From Holosporaceae bacterium (GTDB lineage: Bacteria; Pseudomonadota; Alphaproteobacteria; UBA3830): a DNA stretch of 44,241 bases. Position 1 is the stretch's first letter; each line of letters opens with the position of its first letter. Below, piece by piece: positions 1 through 8,743 of the stretch. The notes under the pieces were generated by a model. It worked only from the letters and a program-made list of their open reading frames with translations. It was not told where the DNA came from and ran no database searches. The DNA is taken from NCBI GenBank assembly GCA_031262635.1, contig JAISHN010000095.1, positions 1 through 44,241 on the forward strand, read 5' to 3'. Made by a program: the position numbers and the translations under genes.

Positions 1-380
1 TCAAAATTTGTAGGCGAAAATTTGTTTTCGAAAATAATTTTGAAAAAATTCTTTACATATTCCGGCCGCATTTGAGCGCGAACTTCCGTATATCTTCCGG
101 TGACGACGATCGAGCAAGATATTCCTAGGTCGGCTAATTTTTCATACGCTTCTTTGCTAATAAAATCTTCGCCGATAAAATCAAAAACCCCTCGTTTTGA
201 GAAGGGAACGTCGAAAAGTCCAACGTGAAAAATCACGCCTACGACGACGGTCGACGATTTAAAATCTTCGTGCAAAACTATGTCTACGCCGTTTCCTAGG
301 TCGTATTTTTCCACTTTTAGTTCGCAAAAAGACGTTTGGAAAAACGTCAATGAAAATAGAAACGCTATTCGTTTTATCAT
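1..380 (-). CDS. M16 (pitrilysin) family peptidase-like protein, N-terminal part; the gene runs off the left edge
   Basis: My own translation of the minus strand from the ATG at 380 gives MIKRIAFLFSLTFFQTSFCELKVEKYDLGNGVDIVLHEDFKSSTVVVGVIFHVGLFDVPFSKRGVFDFIGEDF...LADLGISCSIVVTGRYTEVRAQMRPEYVKNFFKIIFENKFSP with no stop to position 1. The layout matches an M16 N-terminal domain, but HxxEH is degenerate. ATGA start/stop overlap with the upstream M16 gene (377-380). This ORF is absent from the supplied track because it is open at the edge. Confidence 0.55.
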   Translation of the reverse strand, partial: MIKRIAFLFSLTFFQTSFCELKVEKYDLGNGVDIVLHEDFKSSTVVVGVIFHVGLFDVPFSKRGVFDFIGEDFISKEAYEKLADLGISCSIVVTGRYTEVRAQMRPEYVKNFFKIIFENKFSPTNF

Positions 381-1780
381 GAGGTTTTTTCTCCTCCTAT
401 TACGATAAACAGCGTATTTTCATTTAGAGTTTTGCGAGCGAACGCGTTGACTTCTTCTAATTTAACGCTATCGATTTTTTTAATCTCGTCTTCCAAAGCG
501 TTTGCGCCAAATCCTTGAAGCTTTTTACGAAAATAAAAAGAACAAAGATCGTCGGAAGTTCTTAATCTTACCATAAGATTTCCTTTTATATTGTTTTTAG
601 CAAATTGCAATTCTTTCTCATTTATACCATTTACTTTTAAATCTTTAATAATTTTTTTTAATAAGTCAATCGCAGCTTGAACTTTTGAATTGTCGGTTTG
701 CAATATTCCAAACATATAGCTGGAATGTTCTAAATCTACGCTTGTAATTCCGCCGCCATAGACTAATCCGTTTTCCGTTCTAAGTTTAGAGAGAATTAAT
801 CCCTTAAAGTTATAGCCTTCTCCAAGTATTCTATAAAGAATCTCGGCGGCGTATCTCTTTTTCGACAGCGGACGTTCGGTTTTTAAGATGAAAAAAATGG
901 AGCTTTGTTGGCCTTCGGCATAATATTTTCTGATCTCGGGATTTAACGTTGGAGAAACATATTGCTCGGAGATTTTAACCGACTCTCCGGTCGGTATGTT
1001 TGTAAAAATTCTGTCGATTAAAGATTTAGCCTCGTCTTCCGAGACGTCTCCAAATATGCAAACTTCCGCTCTGCTTGTCGTTAAAAATTTTTCCTTATAG
1101 TTTCTTAAATCGTTTGTAGATAGTTTTAAAAAATTTTCCGGCGAACCGAGCTTGCCGTTTCTATATGGATGAGATCCGAAAATTATCGAGGGAATTATCG
1201 AGGAAAAAGCGACTTGAAACGGTTCAGCCGCGTAATTTTGCATAGAATACGCGACGTCGTTCTGTATTATTTTGACTTTATCCTCTTCAAAGTTTGGAGA
1301 AGTAAGCGACGCGTTGAATAGATCGACAGTTTTATCCAAAACTATCTTCGGAGCGGTCATTGAAAAACGTATATTATCAAAACCCGCCTCGCACGATATT
1401 CTTGAAGCTAAGTTGGAACATTCTTTTGCGAACTGCGTCTTAGAATATTTTCCGCAGCCGCAGAAAACCGCGATTGAATAGAAAAAGGGGACTCCGGCTT
1501 TCTCTTGTTTCTGGCATGCGGAACCGGCGTGTTTAAAAGCTATTCGAACGTGAACGAGAGGAGCGCTTTCGTCTTTCATATGCCAAAATTTTATGCCGCG
1601 CGGACTGACGAGTTCTGTTGGCTCCGACTTTTTTTCGTCTTTTTCTTGCGAGATTTTAGAAGCGCTCTCTTTTTCGGGTTTTTCGTCGCAGTAAGCGCTG
1701 AAACAGACAAGCAAAGTTAAAATGATTGACGCGACGCAAGCGCGGCGTTTGTCGTTATTGCGATAATCAACTCTACTCAC
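377..1780 (-). CDS. M16 family peptidase-like protein, no HxxEH zinc motif (probably a non-catalytic partner subunit), signal peptide
   Basis: 467 aa ORF with an M16-like two-domain layout and an N-terminal hydrophobic segment. The position of the zinc motif reads VPFFYSIAV. Overlaps the upstream active M16 gene by 8 nt. Confidence 0.8.
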   Translation of the reverse strand: MSRVDYRNNDKRRACVASIILTLLVCFSAYCDEKPEKESASKISQEKDEKKSEPTELVSPRGIKFWHMKDESAPLVHVRIAFKHAGSACQKQEKAGVPFFYSIAVFCGCGKYSKTQFAKECSNLASRISCEAGFDNIRFSMTAPKIVLDKTVDLFNASLTSPNFEEDKVKIIQNDVAYSMQNYAAEPFQVAFSSIIPSIIFGSHPYRNGKLGSPENFLKLSTNDLRNYKEKFLTTSRAEVCIFGDVSEDEAKSLIDRIFTNIPTGESVKISEQYVSPTLNPEIRKYYAEGQQSSIFFILKTERPLSKKRYAAEILYRILGEGYNFKGLILSKLRTENGLVYGGGITSVDLEHSSYMFGILQTDNSKVQAAIDLLKKIIKDLKVNGINEKELQFAKNNIKGNLMVRLRTSDDLCSFYFRKKLQGFGANALEDEIKKIDSVKLEEVNAFARKTLNENTLFIVIGGEKTS

Positions 1781-3158
1781 GATCGTATCCTTTCGGCTCG
1801 ACTCTCAAAACGGCGAACGGTTTTTGAGAAAAAACTTCTTTTATAAGATCGTCGCACTCTTTTTTGGTAATCGATTGAACCATATCGTCGATCAATTGTA
1901 TTTCCTTGATCGAATATCCGCATATCAGCAGCCAGCCAAAATAATAAGACATATCCTCAATGTCGTCTTTTTTATACGCTAGTTCGATAAGATACTTTCG
2001 TTTTACGTCTTCTAATTCCTTTTCGGAAACTCCGACTTTTACGAGTTTGTTTATTAAAGACGGCAGCATGTTTTCGCAAATTCTTAAATCGTCGATCGAT
2101 CGAGCAGAGATTTCTAGCAAAATAAAATCGCGTTCGAGTAATCTATCGATATATATAAACGAAACGCTCGTAGCGTTATTTAAAACGTCCTTTAAGGTTT
2201 TCTTTATAAAGAAAGCCGGCTGATTCATTGTCCTAACCGCGACTTCAAGAGCTATAGACTTTCTCAAATTTTCTTTTGACGAGAACGGCGTTCGATATAA
2301 GTATTTAACAGACGAGGTCGACCCATTTTTTGGAGAGCCGTATTTTACTTCTTTAAAGCGATCCGCTCGAGAATTTTTTTCAGTTTTCTTTGGAATCCGC
2401 TTAGAAGGGATCGATCCAAAATATTTTTCAATAAGCGTTTTTATTTGTTCTAAGTCAAAATCTCCGGCTATGACGATTGTAGCGTTGTTTGGAGCAAACC
2501 ATTTGTCATGAAAATCTTGCAAATCCCTCGGTTGGATAGATTCTATTTCATGCCTCCATCCTATAACTCCTATCCCGCCGATTTCTCTATTGAAGACATT
2601 TGATAGAAACGCTTCTTGCGCCGCTCCGTCGGGGTCGTTGTCATACCTCATGCTTCGTTCTTCAAGAATAGCTCCTTTTTCCGACAAAAACACTTTTTTA
2701 TCGAAACTTATCGTTTTCATACGCTTAGATTCGTGAAAAAATACGGTTTCAATATGTTCTTTTGGAATAGTCTCGTGAAAACAGATAGTATTAATATGGG
2801 TAAAGGCATTATTGCGCGCCCCGATATCTTCTAGAAAATTAGTGAACTCCATTTTATCTAGACAAAAAGCCATATGCTCTAGATAATGAGCTACGCCGGA
2901 TTTTGAAATCGCGTCGTTTTTCCCCCCGCAGTTATACCAAATTGAAAAGAAAATAATCGGGGAAGTTTTTTTCTCAATACAAATTACTTTTAGGCCGTTC
3001 TTCAACGTAAAAACGACTACGTTATATTTAGCTTCGGAACAAAGAGCGAATAATAAACAAAATAAAACTGCGAATCGTTTTAAAAACGAGAATATTTTAT
3101 TCAACTGGAAACCTTTTTGCCCATTCGCGAAGCTTATTTTCCATAGCTTTCTTAGCAA
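1773..3158 (-). CDS. M16 family zinc metallopeptidase (catalytic, HxxEH present)
   Basis: 461 aa ORF containing GVAHYLEHMAF (inverted zincin HxxEH) and a downstream EERS-type Glu region. The signal-like segment FAVLFCLLFALCSEA suggests the true start may be the TTG at 3104 rather than the ATG at 3158. Confidence 0.85.
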   Translation of the reverse strand: MLRKLWKISFANGQKGFQLNKIFSFLKRFAVLFCLLFALCSEAKYNVVVFTLKNGLKVICIEKKTSPIIFFSIWYNCGGKNDAISKSGVAHYLEHMAFCLDKMEFTNFLEDIGARNNAFTHINTICFHETIPKEHIETVFFHESKRMKTISFDKKVFLSEKGAILEERSMRYDNDPDGAAQEAFLSNVFNREIGGIGVIGWRHEIESIQPRDLQDFHDKWFAPNNATIVIAGDFDLEQIKTLIEKYFGSIPSKRIPKKTEKNSRADRFKEVKYGSPKNGSTSSVKYLYRTPFSSKENLRKSIALEVAVRTMNQPAFFIKKTLKDVLNNATSVSFIYIDRLLERDFILLEISARSIDDLRICENMLPSLINKLVKVGVSEKELEDVKRKYLIELAYKKDDIEDMSYYFGWLLICGYSIKEIQLIDDMVQSITKKECDDLIKEVFSQKPFAVLRVEPKGYDRE

Positions 3159-3570
3159 GATTAGGCAGATTGTCTTCTATCCACTTATCGATTAAGGGAA
3201 TCGCTATTTCTTTCAATAATTCTAAAATTGCTTCGCTTTTCTCTTGTTTTTGATTTGACGCGTCGTTTTTTACGTCGCAGGAAACGACTACTCGCGTCGA
3301 GACGTCCGAATCCGCCGTCTTCTGTTGCGTTTGCTCCTCGTTTTCTTCCTTGCGTTTAAAATCGGACATAGACTCGGCGTTCTTTTGAGCTAATTTCAAG
3401 AAAGCTCCCATATCTTGATTGTTGGAAGAATCCGACGCTTTTACTTTTACGATAGTCCCGTCCGGCTTAACCATGTCGGTAAGATCCAGAACCGGAGGTT
3501 CGTCGTCTATCACCATTTTTCTGATCGACGATAACACGTCTTCCAGGGACATTTCGTTTTTATCCGCCAT
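3097..3570 (-). CDS. popZ: PopZ-like pole-organizing protein (DUF2497)
   Basis: N-terminus MSLEDVLSSIRKMVIDDEPPVLDLTD and C-terminus LLKEIAIPLIDKWIEDNLPNLAKKAMENKL follow the conserved ends of alphaproteobacterial PopZ/DUF2497. The middle is acidic and low-complexity. Confidence 0.65.
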   Translation of the reverse strand: MADKNEMSLEDVLSSIRKMVIDDEPPVLDLTDMVKPDGTIVKVKASDSSNNQDMGAFLKLAQKNAESMSDFKRKEENEEQTQQKTADSDVSTRVVVSCDVKNDASNQKQEKSEAILELLKEIAIPLIDKWIEDNLPNLAKKAMENKLREWAKRFPVE

Positions 3571-3583
3571 ATTTATTCCTTAG

Positions 3584-5089
3584 TCAGCTATTCTTGGACA
3601 ATAACGACCTCAAGTCAAGTTTTCCGCACAGTTCCAAAATCTTGGCCGCCGAAGTTATTTTTTCCGCCATGGCTTTTGCATAATTTATGCGAGCGTCTTT
3701 TAATCTTTCCTCGTCGTTGACGATGTCCGTGATAGATTTCGTCCCTATCTCTATTTCCTCAAGATTATTAAGCGACTTTATCTCGCCGCTTTTTACCGCC
3801 GAAAGGCTGGCTACTATCTTAGATTTTGCGGAAACATATTTGTTCCAATTTACAATGCATTCTTTTTTAATTTGCCGCAACGAGTCTTCAGACGCAAATT
3901 TTGCTTGCAAAGCTCTCTGATTCGCTATCGCGATAGATGAATAAGAGTTTCCTTGGTATGGACTGTTTTCAAATATAGGAATTGTAGCTTCTAAAGTCGC
4001 GACATAATTGTTCTTAGCGCTATTGAATGATCGATTCTCTTCTGGATAGGAGTCATTATAAGCGCTTTTACTTAAATCCTTTCCTACGCTTACTTTAAAA
4101 TCAAGCTTAGGAGATAATTTTCCCTTTGCCGCGGCTAATTCATGATCTGCCGATCGAGCTTTTAATTTGGAATGCCTGAGTTGATGGTTTACGGACATAG
4201 CTAGAGCTACCAATTTATCCAAACTTTCAGGAAGCGAGGCGTTTATATTAGGCAATTGCATATTTTCGCCGGCTTTTAAACCGGTCAATGTTTCAAACTC
4301 CGCTTCGGAAGCCAAAAGTTCCGACTCCGCTTGCACTCTATCGTGAACGGCATTCTGATAGCTTGCGTTTGCCGCGGCTACGTCCGCTTGAGTGCTAACG
4401 CCGGCTTCTAACATACTGTCTAAAGCGTCGACATATTTCTTTAGATTTTCCTCTTCCGCTTTAGTAGCAAAGACTATGCGACGCTTAGCCCAAACGTTCG
4501 CGCACGTTTCTACTATGCTGTTAAGTAGTTCTTGTTCCTCGGATTTTAATTTATGATGAGCCGCTTTATTGGCGAAATCCTTAGCTTTTACGGTATTTAC
4601 GGTAGAAAAACCATTAAATAAATTCTGATCTATTTCTAGATCCATCCTTGTAGTAGTCGATTTAGGAGAACCGCCTCGATATAATCTTCTACCATATCCT
4701 TTAAAACTACCATTATTATCATACTGAGGCTCTTGTTTATCCTCCACGGACTCGCCTCCGCTTCTAGAGCTCGATATTTTTCCGTTAACGCTCGGCAGAA
4801 ATAACATTTTTGATTGAGTTAATTCTTCTTCAGCTATTTTCTTTTCAGTCTGTTGGGCTTTCCATTTGTTATTGCCGTTGTACGCCGCGACGGCCGCTTC
4901 TTCGAAAGACGAAGCTTCGGATTCATCGCTATTTTGGGAAGCTTCATCGCGAGCGTCTTTCGATTTCTCTGCGTTATTAGATTTTTCCGCCGCCGCGACG
5001 TTCGCGTTATCATCGGAGGACTTTTCGCTAATCTCCGCCTGCGCGTAAAAAACTATTAACGTCGCTAAAGACAAAACATATTTTTTCAC
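3584..5089 (-). CDS. tolC: TolC family outer-membrane channel protein
   Basis: 501 aa with a signal peptide (LIVFYAQA), an acidic low-complexity N-terminal insert, and two repeated coiled-coil/beta halves typical of TolC/OMF proteins. Confidence 0.8.
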   Translation of the reverse strand: MKKYVLSLATLIVFYAQAEISEKSSDDNANVAAAEKSNNAEKSKDARDEASQNSDESEASSFEEAAVAAYNGNNKWKAQQTEKKIAEEELTQSKMLFLPSVNGKISSSRSGGESVEDKQEPQYDNNGSFKGYGRRLYRGGSPKSTTTRMDLEIDQNLFNGFSTVNTVKAKDFANKAAHHKLKSEEQELLNSIVETCANVWAKRRIVFATKAEEENLKKYVDALDSMLEAGVSTQADVAAANASYQNAVHDRVQAESELLASEAEFETLTGLKAGENMQLPNINASLPESLDKLVALAMSVNHQLRHSKLKARSADHELAAAKGKLSPKLDFKVSVGKDLSKSAYNDSYPEENRSFNSAKNNYVATLEATIPIFENSPYQGNSYSSIAIANQRALQAKFASEDSLRQIKKECIVNWNKYVSAKSKIVASLSAVKSGEIKSLNNLEEIEIGTKSITDIVNDEERLKDARINYAKAMAEKITSAAKILELCGKLDLRSLLSKNS

Positions 5090-5100
5090 AAATTAATTCC

Positions 5101-6468
5101 TTATACTATCAACGATAACTTAACTCTATTCAGGCTTTCTTCTTTTCCGAAAGAAACCGTCATATCAAATACGCTTGGAGTAATTTTCCTTCCGGCTAGA
5201 ACGTTTCTCAACGCTTGAGCGATCTTTCCAAACGAAACGTTCGATTCCGCGGAAAATTCTCTCAATTGTTTTTCCAAGCTTTCCTCCGTCCAATTTTCGA
5301 TGGATTCTAGCTTAAATAACGCCTTACGTAAAATGTCTTTACAATCAAAATCTAGCTTCGGCGCGACAAACTCGCTCGTATAAATAGACGCGAGGTCTCG
5401 CAACTCTAGCATTGTCTTCGATCGTTGCTTTAGCCCGTTCATTCCTCTTAGAAGGCGAGCGCGTTTTTCTTCCGAAACGTCGCCCGTTATTCGCAACAGC
5501 TCTTCCAACAAACGCTCGTCGTCGGCTATCCGCATATAATGCCCGTTGAGATTTAATAGCTTCGCAAAATCTAATCGCGACGCGGACTTTCCTAGATTAT
5601 CCGTCGTAAACCATTCGATCGCCTGCTCTCGCGATATAATCTCGTCGTCTCCGTGAGACCATCCGAGACGCAGCAGACAATTACAAATCGCTTCCGGCAG
5701 GTATCCCATATCGCGATAAGCTTCAATTCCCAACGCTCCATGGCGTTTGGATAACTTAGCGCCGTCGGGACCGTGAATTAGCGGAACGTGCCCGTACTGC
5801 GGAATATCCCAGCCAAATGCTTCGAATATTTGCATGTGCCTGAAGGTGTTTGTCAGATGATCGTCGCCGCGTATAACGCAGGTTACGCCCATGTCGTGAT
5901 CGTCGACGACAACCGACAGCATAAAAGTAGGCGCGCCGTTGCTGCGAACTAAGATCATATCGTCCAATTGATCGTTCGAGACGATTACGTCGCCCTGAAC
6001 GATATCATGCAGCGTCGTTTCGCCCGTTCGCGGAGCTTTCAGACGTATGACGGGTTTTACTCCAACCGGAGCGTCTTTTGGATCGCGATCTCGCCATCTG
6101 CCGTCGTATTTCGGCGATAATCCTTTCGCCTTGGCTTCTTCTCGCATTGCTTCGAGTTCTTCCGGCGCGCAATAACAATAGTAAGCCTTGCCTTCTTTTA
6201 CCAAATTCTCGGCTAACTCGACGTGCCTTTTGATTTTAGAGAATTGAAAAACCGGCTCGTCGTCCCAATCTATTCCGAGCCATTTTAATCCGTTAAAAAT
6301 TGCGTCGACAGCTTCTTGCGTCGATCTTTCGCGATCGGTGTCTTCGATACGCAGAAGGAATTTTCCGCCGCAATGGCGAGCCAATAGCCAATTAAAAAGC
6401 GCCGTTCTCGCTCCGCCGATATGCAAAAATCCGGTCGGAGACGGAGCAAAACGCGTTACGACGTTCAT
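5101..6468 (-). CDS. gltX: glutamate--tRNA ligase
   Basis: RFAPSPTGFLHIGGARTALFN (HIGH motif), AKLSKRHG (KMSKS motif), 455 aa. Confidence 0.95.
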   Translation of the reverse strand: MNVVTRFAPSPTGFLHIGGARTALFNWLLARHCGGKFLLRIEDTDRERSTQEAVDAIFNGLKWLGIDWDDEPVFQFSKIKRHVELAENLVKEGKAYYCYCAPEELEAMREEAKAKGLSPKYDGRWRDRDPKDAPVGVKPVIRLKAPRTGETTLHDIVQGDVIVSNDQLDDMILVRSNGAPTFMLSVVVDDHDMGVTCVIRGDDHLTNTFRHMQIFEAFGWDIPQYGHVPLIHGPDGAKLSKRHGALGIEAYRDMGYLPEAICNCLLRLGWSHGDDEIISREQAIEWFTTDNLGKSASRLDFAKLLNLNGHYMRIADDERLLEELLRITGDVSEEKRARLLRGMNGLKQRSKTMLELRDLASIYTSEFVAPKLDFDCKDILRKALFKLESIENWTEESLEKQLREFSAESNVSFGKIAQALRNVLAGRKITPSVFDMTVSFGKEESLNRVKLSLIV

Positions 6469-6525
6469 TATTTACTCTTCATAAAGCGACGCGGCGTATT
6501 TTATACGCTAAGCGTTTGAGAGTAA

Positions 6526-8547
6526 ATGCGGATGAATAAGTTTAAAGTTTTCTTAGACGATTTCTGCGAGAGTGAAAAACGCCGCGCGCCGAATTTTATA
6601 CCGGTTGGAATCGGGATAGGTATAACTATTTATTTCTCCTTGGATAACGAGCCGAGTTTCTGGCTCGGAGCGGCAATTTTAGCCGCGGCGCTGGGTTTGA
6701 GTTTAGTTTTATTACGTTATTGCGAGAAGGACGGAGTCCGACGCGGCAATCCGGCGATAAACGGCCGTTGTTTTTCCGACGCGCTTCGTCGCTTCGCTTC
6801 TTTGAAACTCCTCTCCCGCGTCCTGCTAACGATCGCGTTCGGCTTCTTCGTTTCTCAATTGCGAACGCAGATTGCGAACACATTTATGCTTTCCGAAAAA
6901 GACGACGAGCCGATTTCGTTAGTCGCGACATTGGAATCCTGCGAGAAAACCGAAAAGGGACTGAAATTTATCGTCGACGACGTAGAGAGTCGAAAATATC
7001 CTGATTTAAACAAGCTGCGTCTTACCTGGCGAGGGAAAAAGGCTACGCGGCATAAAGACGATTACGTTCCTGGATCGAGAATTTTATTCAGAGCGGTTTT
7101 ATCTCCCGCGTCGCCGCAGGCTTTTCCAAACGCTTACGATTTTAAAAAACAGCAGTATTTCAAAGGAATAAGCGGTCGCGGGTTCGTGATCTGGAAACCA
7201 AAAGTTCTTAGATTGCCCAAGCGAACGACGCGGTTGTTCGTAGAGCGGCTGCGTCATTATATAGACAAAAAAATCGAAGAATATCTTCCGCAGGAGACCG
7301 CGGGCGTGGCGAAAGCTCTTGTCACAGGCAACACAGCCGGCGTTTCTAAAGAAATCCGTCAAAATTTCGCGAATTCCGGCATAGCGCATTTGCTCGCGAT
7401 CTCCGGTCTTCACATGGGGATAATCGGATTTTTCATCTTTTGGCTTTCTAGGATTCTTTTATGCTGCGTTCCGCGAATTTCCATGTTTTACGACGTGAAA
7501 AAGATCGCGGCCGTAGTCTCTTGGATCGCGGTTTTGTGCTATCTGCATATTTCGGGAAAATCCGTGCCGTCCGTTCGAGCGTTTATTATGCATACGATCT
7601 TAATGCTCGCGATTTTGATAGACAAAGGCGCGTTGACGATGCGATCCGTGGCTCTCGCCGCGACGACTATAATGACCTGTTCGCCGGAAGTTATTATGTT
7701 TCCAAGTTTTCAGATGTCGTTCGGAGCGGTGATCGCTATCGTCGCTCTTTACGAACGAACTTGGAATTTTTCAGGATTTTTCAAAACGTTGTTCGACGTT
7801 GTCGCGACAACCGCCGTCGCTTCGGCGACTACGACGATATTTTCGGTGAGCGCGTTCAACCAGTTGACGCTAAACAGCGTTCCCGCAAACGTGATTTCCA
7901 TCCCTTTGACGTCGTTTTTAGTTATGCCGGCGGCGGCGGTCGCGTTGTTTCTGATTCCTTTTGGATTTTCGCAGCCGTTTATTGTTTTAATGGGGTTCGG
8001 AGTAAAAGCGCTAATGAAAATCGCCGAGCTGTCGGCTCAACTGCCTGGATCGTACTTTGTGATGCGCGCTCCAACTTCGACGAACATGGCGATTTTCATT
8101 TTTTCGGGACTCACGCTGACGTTAATTCAACATAGAGTTCGTTTTTTAGGAATCGTCGGAATAATCGCGGGATTGTTCTATTACTATTTTAATCCAACGC
8201 CGGACATTTTTATCTCTCCCTACGCGAAAACGATCGGTATAAAAACCCCTGAGGCCGCATGTTTCAGCCATCTCGGCCACTTCCGCTCGACGACCGCGGC
8301 TTGGGCGCGATCCATTGGTTTTGAAAAGGGTAAAAGATTCAATTCCAGAATCTGTAAAAAATATATCTCAAAAATCGACGACAATACCTATGAAGCAAGA
8401 ATAAAAGGCCGAAAAGTAACGCTCACCGACGACGAAAACGCCCTAGACGCCGTTTTTCTAGACGAAAACTGCGACTTCGCGAAAACGATATATATTCCTT
8501 CTCGCGAATGCGTCTCTACCGCGGCTAAGAAACGTCCGTGGAGCTAG
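6526..8547 (+). CDS. comEC: ComEC/Rec2 family competence channel protein carrying an in-frame palindromic-repeat insertion
   Basis: 673 aa polytopic membrane protein. It has the DUF4131-like N-terminal OB region and the competence-domain motif GIAHLLAISGLHMGI. There is no C-terminal metallo-beta-lactamase domain. Confidence 0.85.
   Translation: MRMNKFKVFLDDFCESEKRRAPNFIPVGIGIGITIYFSLDNEPSFWLGAAILAAALGLSLVLLRYCEKDGVRRGNPAINGRCFSDALRRFASLKLLSRVLLTIAFGFFVSQLRTQIANTFMLSEKDDEPISLVATLESCEKTEKGLKFIVDDVESRKYPDLNKLRLTWRGKKATRHKDDYVPGSRILFRAVLSPASPQAFPNAYDFKKQQYFKGISGRGFVIWKPKVLRLPKRTTRLFVERLRHYIDKKIEEYLPQETAGVAKALVTGNTAGVSKEIRQNFANSGIAHLLAISGLHMGIIGFFIFWLSRILLCCVPRISMFYDVKKIAAVVSWIAVLCYLHISGKSVPSVRAFIMHTILMLAILIDKGALTMRSVALAATTIMTCSPEVIMFPSFQMSFGAVIAIVALYERTWNFSGFFKTLFDVVATTAVASATTTIFSVSAFNQLTLNSVPANVISIPLTSFLVMPAAAVALFLIPFGFSQPFIVLMGFGVKALMKIAELSAQLPGSYFVMRAPTSTNMAIFIFSGLTLTLIQHRVRFLGIVGIIAGLFYYYFNPTPDIFISPYAKTIGIKTPEAACFSHLGHFRSTTAAWARSIGFEKGKRFNSRICKKYISKIDDNTYEARIKGRKVTLTDDENALDAVFLDENCDFAKTIYIPSRECVSTAAKKRPWS
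6716..6806. repeat. REP-B palindromic element copy 1 (inside comEC, in frame)
   Basis: gttattgcgagaaggacggagtccgacgcggcaatccggcgataaacggccg...cgcttcgtcgcttcgcttctttgaaa. Near-identical core to 33517-33596 and 44092-44150. Translated as ...YCEKDGVRRGNPAINGRCFSDALRRFASLKL... in ComEC. Confidence 0.75.
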
Positions 8548-8743
8548 ATGGGAAAGGGAACGAACGATTGTTAGCCTTTATCATATTGCTTCGCTTGCAA
8601 GAATGACAAAAATACGCGCCGTTTCGTTTTTTAGCGCAGCAGCTATAATTTCAATGTTAAATCGCGCGTTATTTTTGCAAAAATTAACGAAAAATTAGTT
8701 CTTATAATTTAAAATAACGGCAAAAATATGCGGAGAGGTAACG

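Noticed and set aside
7461-8135. 224 aa alternative-frame ORF, plus 6720..7004 and 7099..7413, within comEC.
   Set aside because: These are Arg-rich nonsense translations that overlap a well-supported membrane-protein frame.
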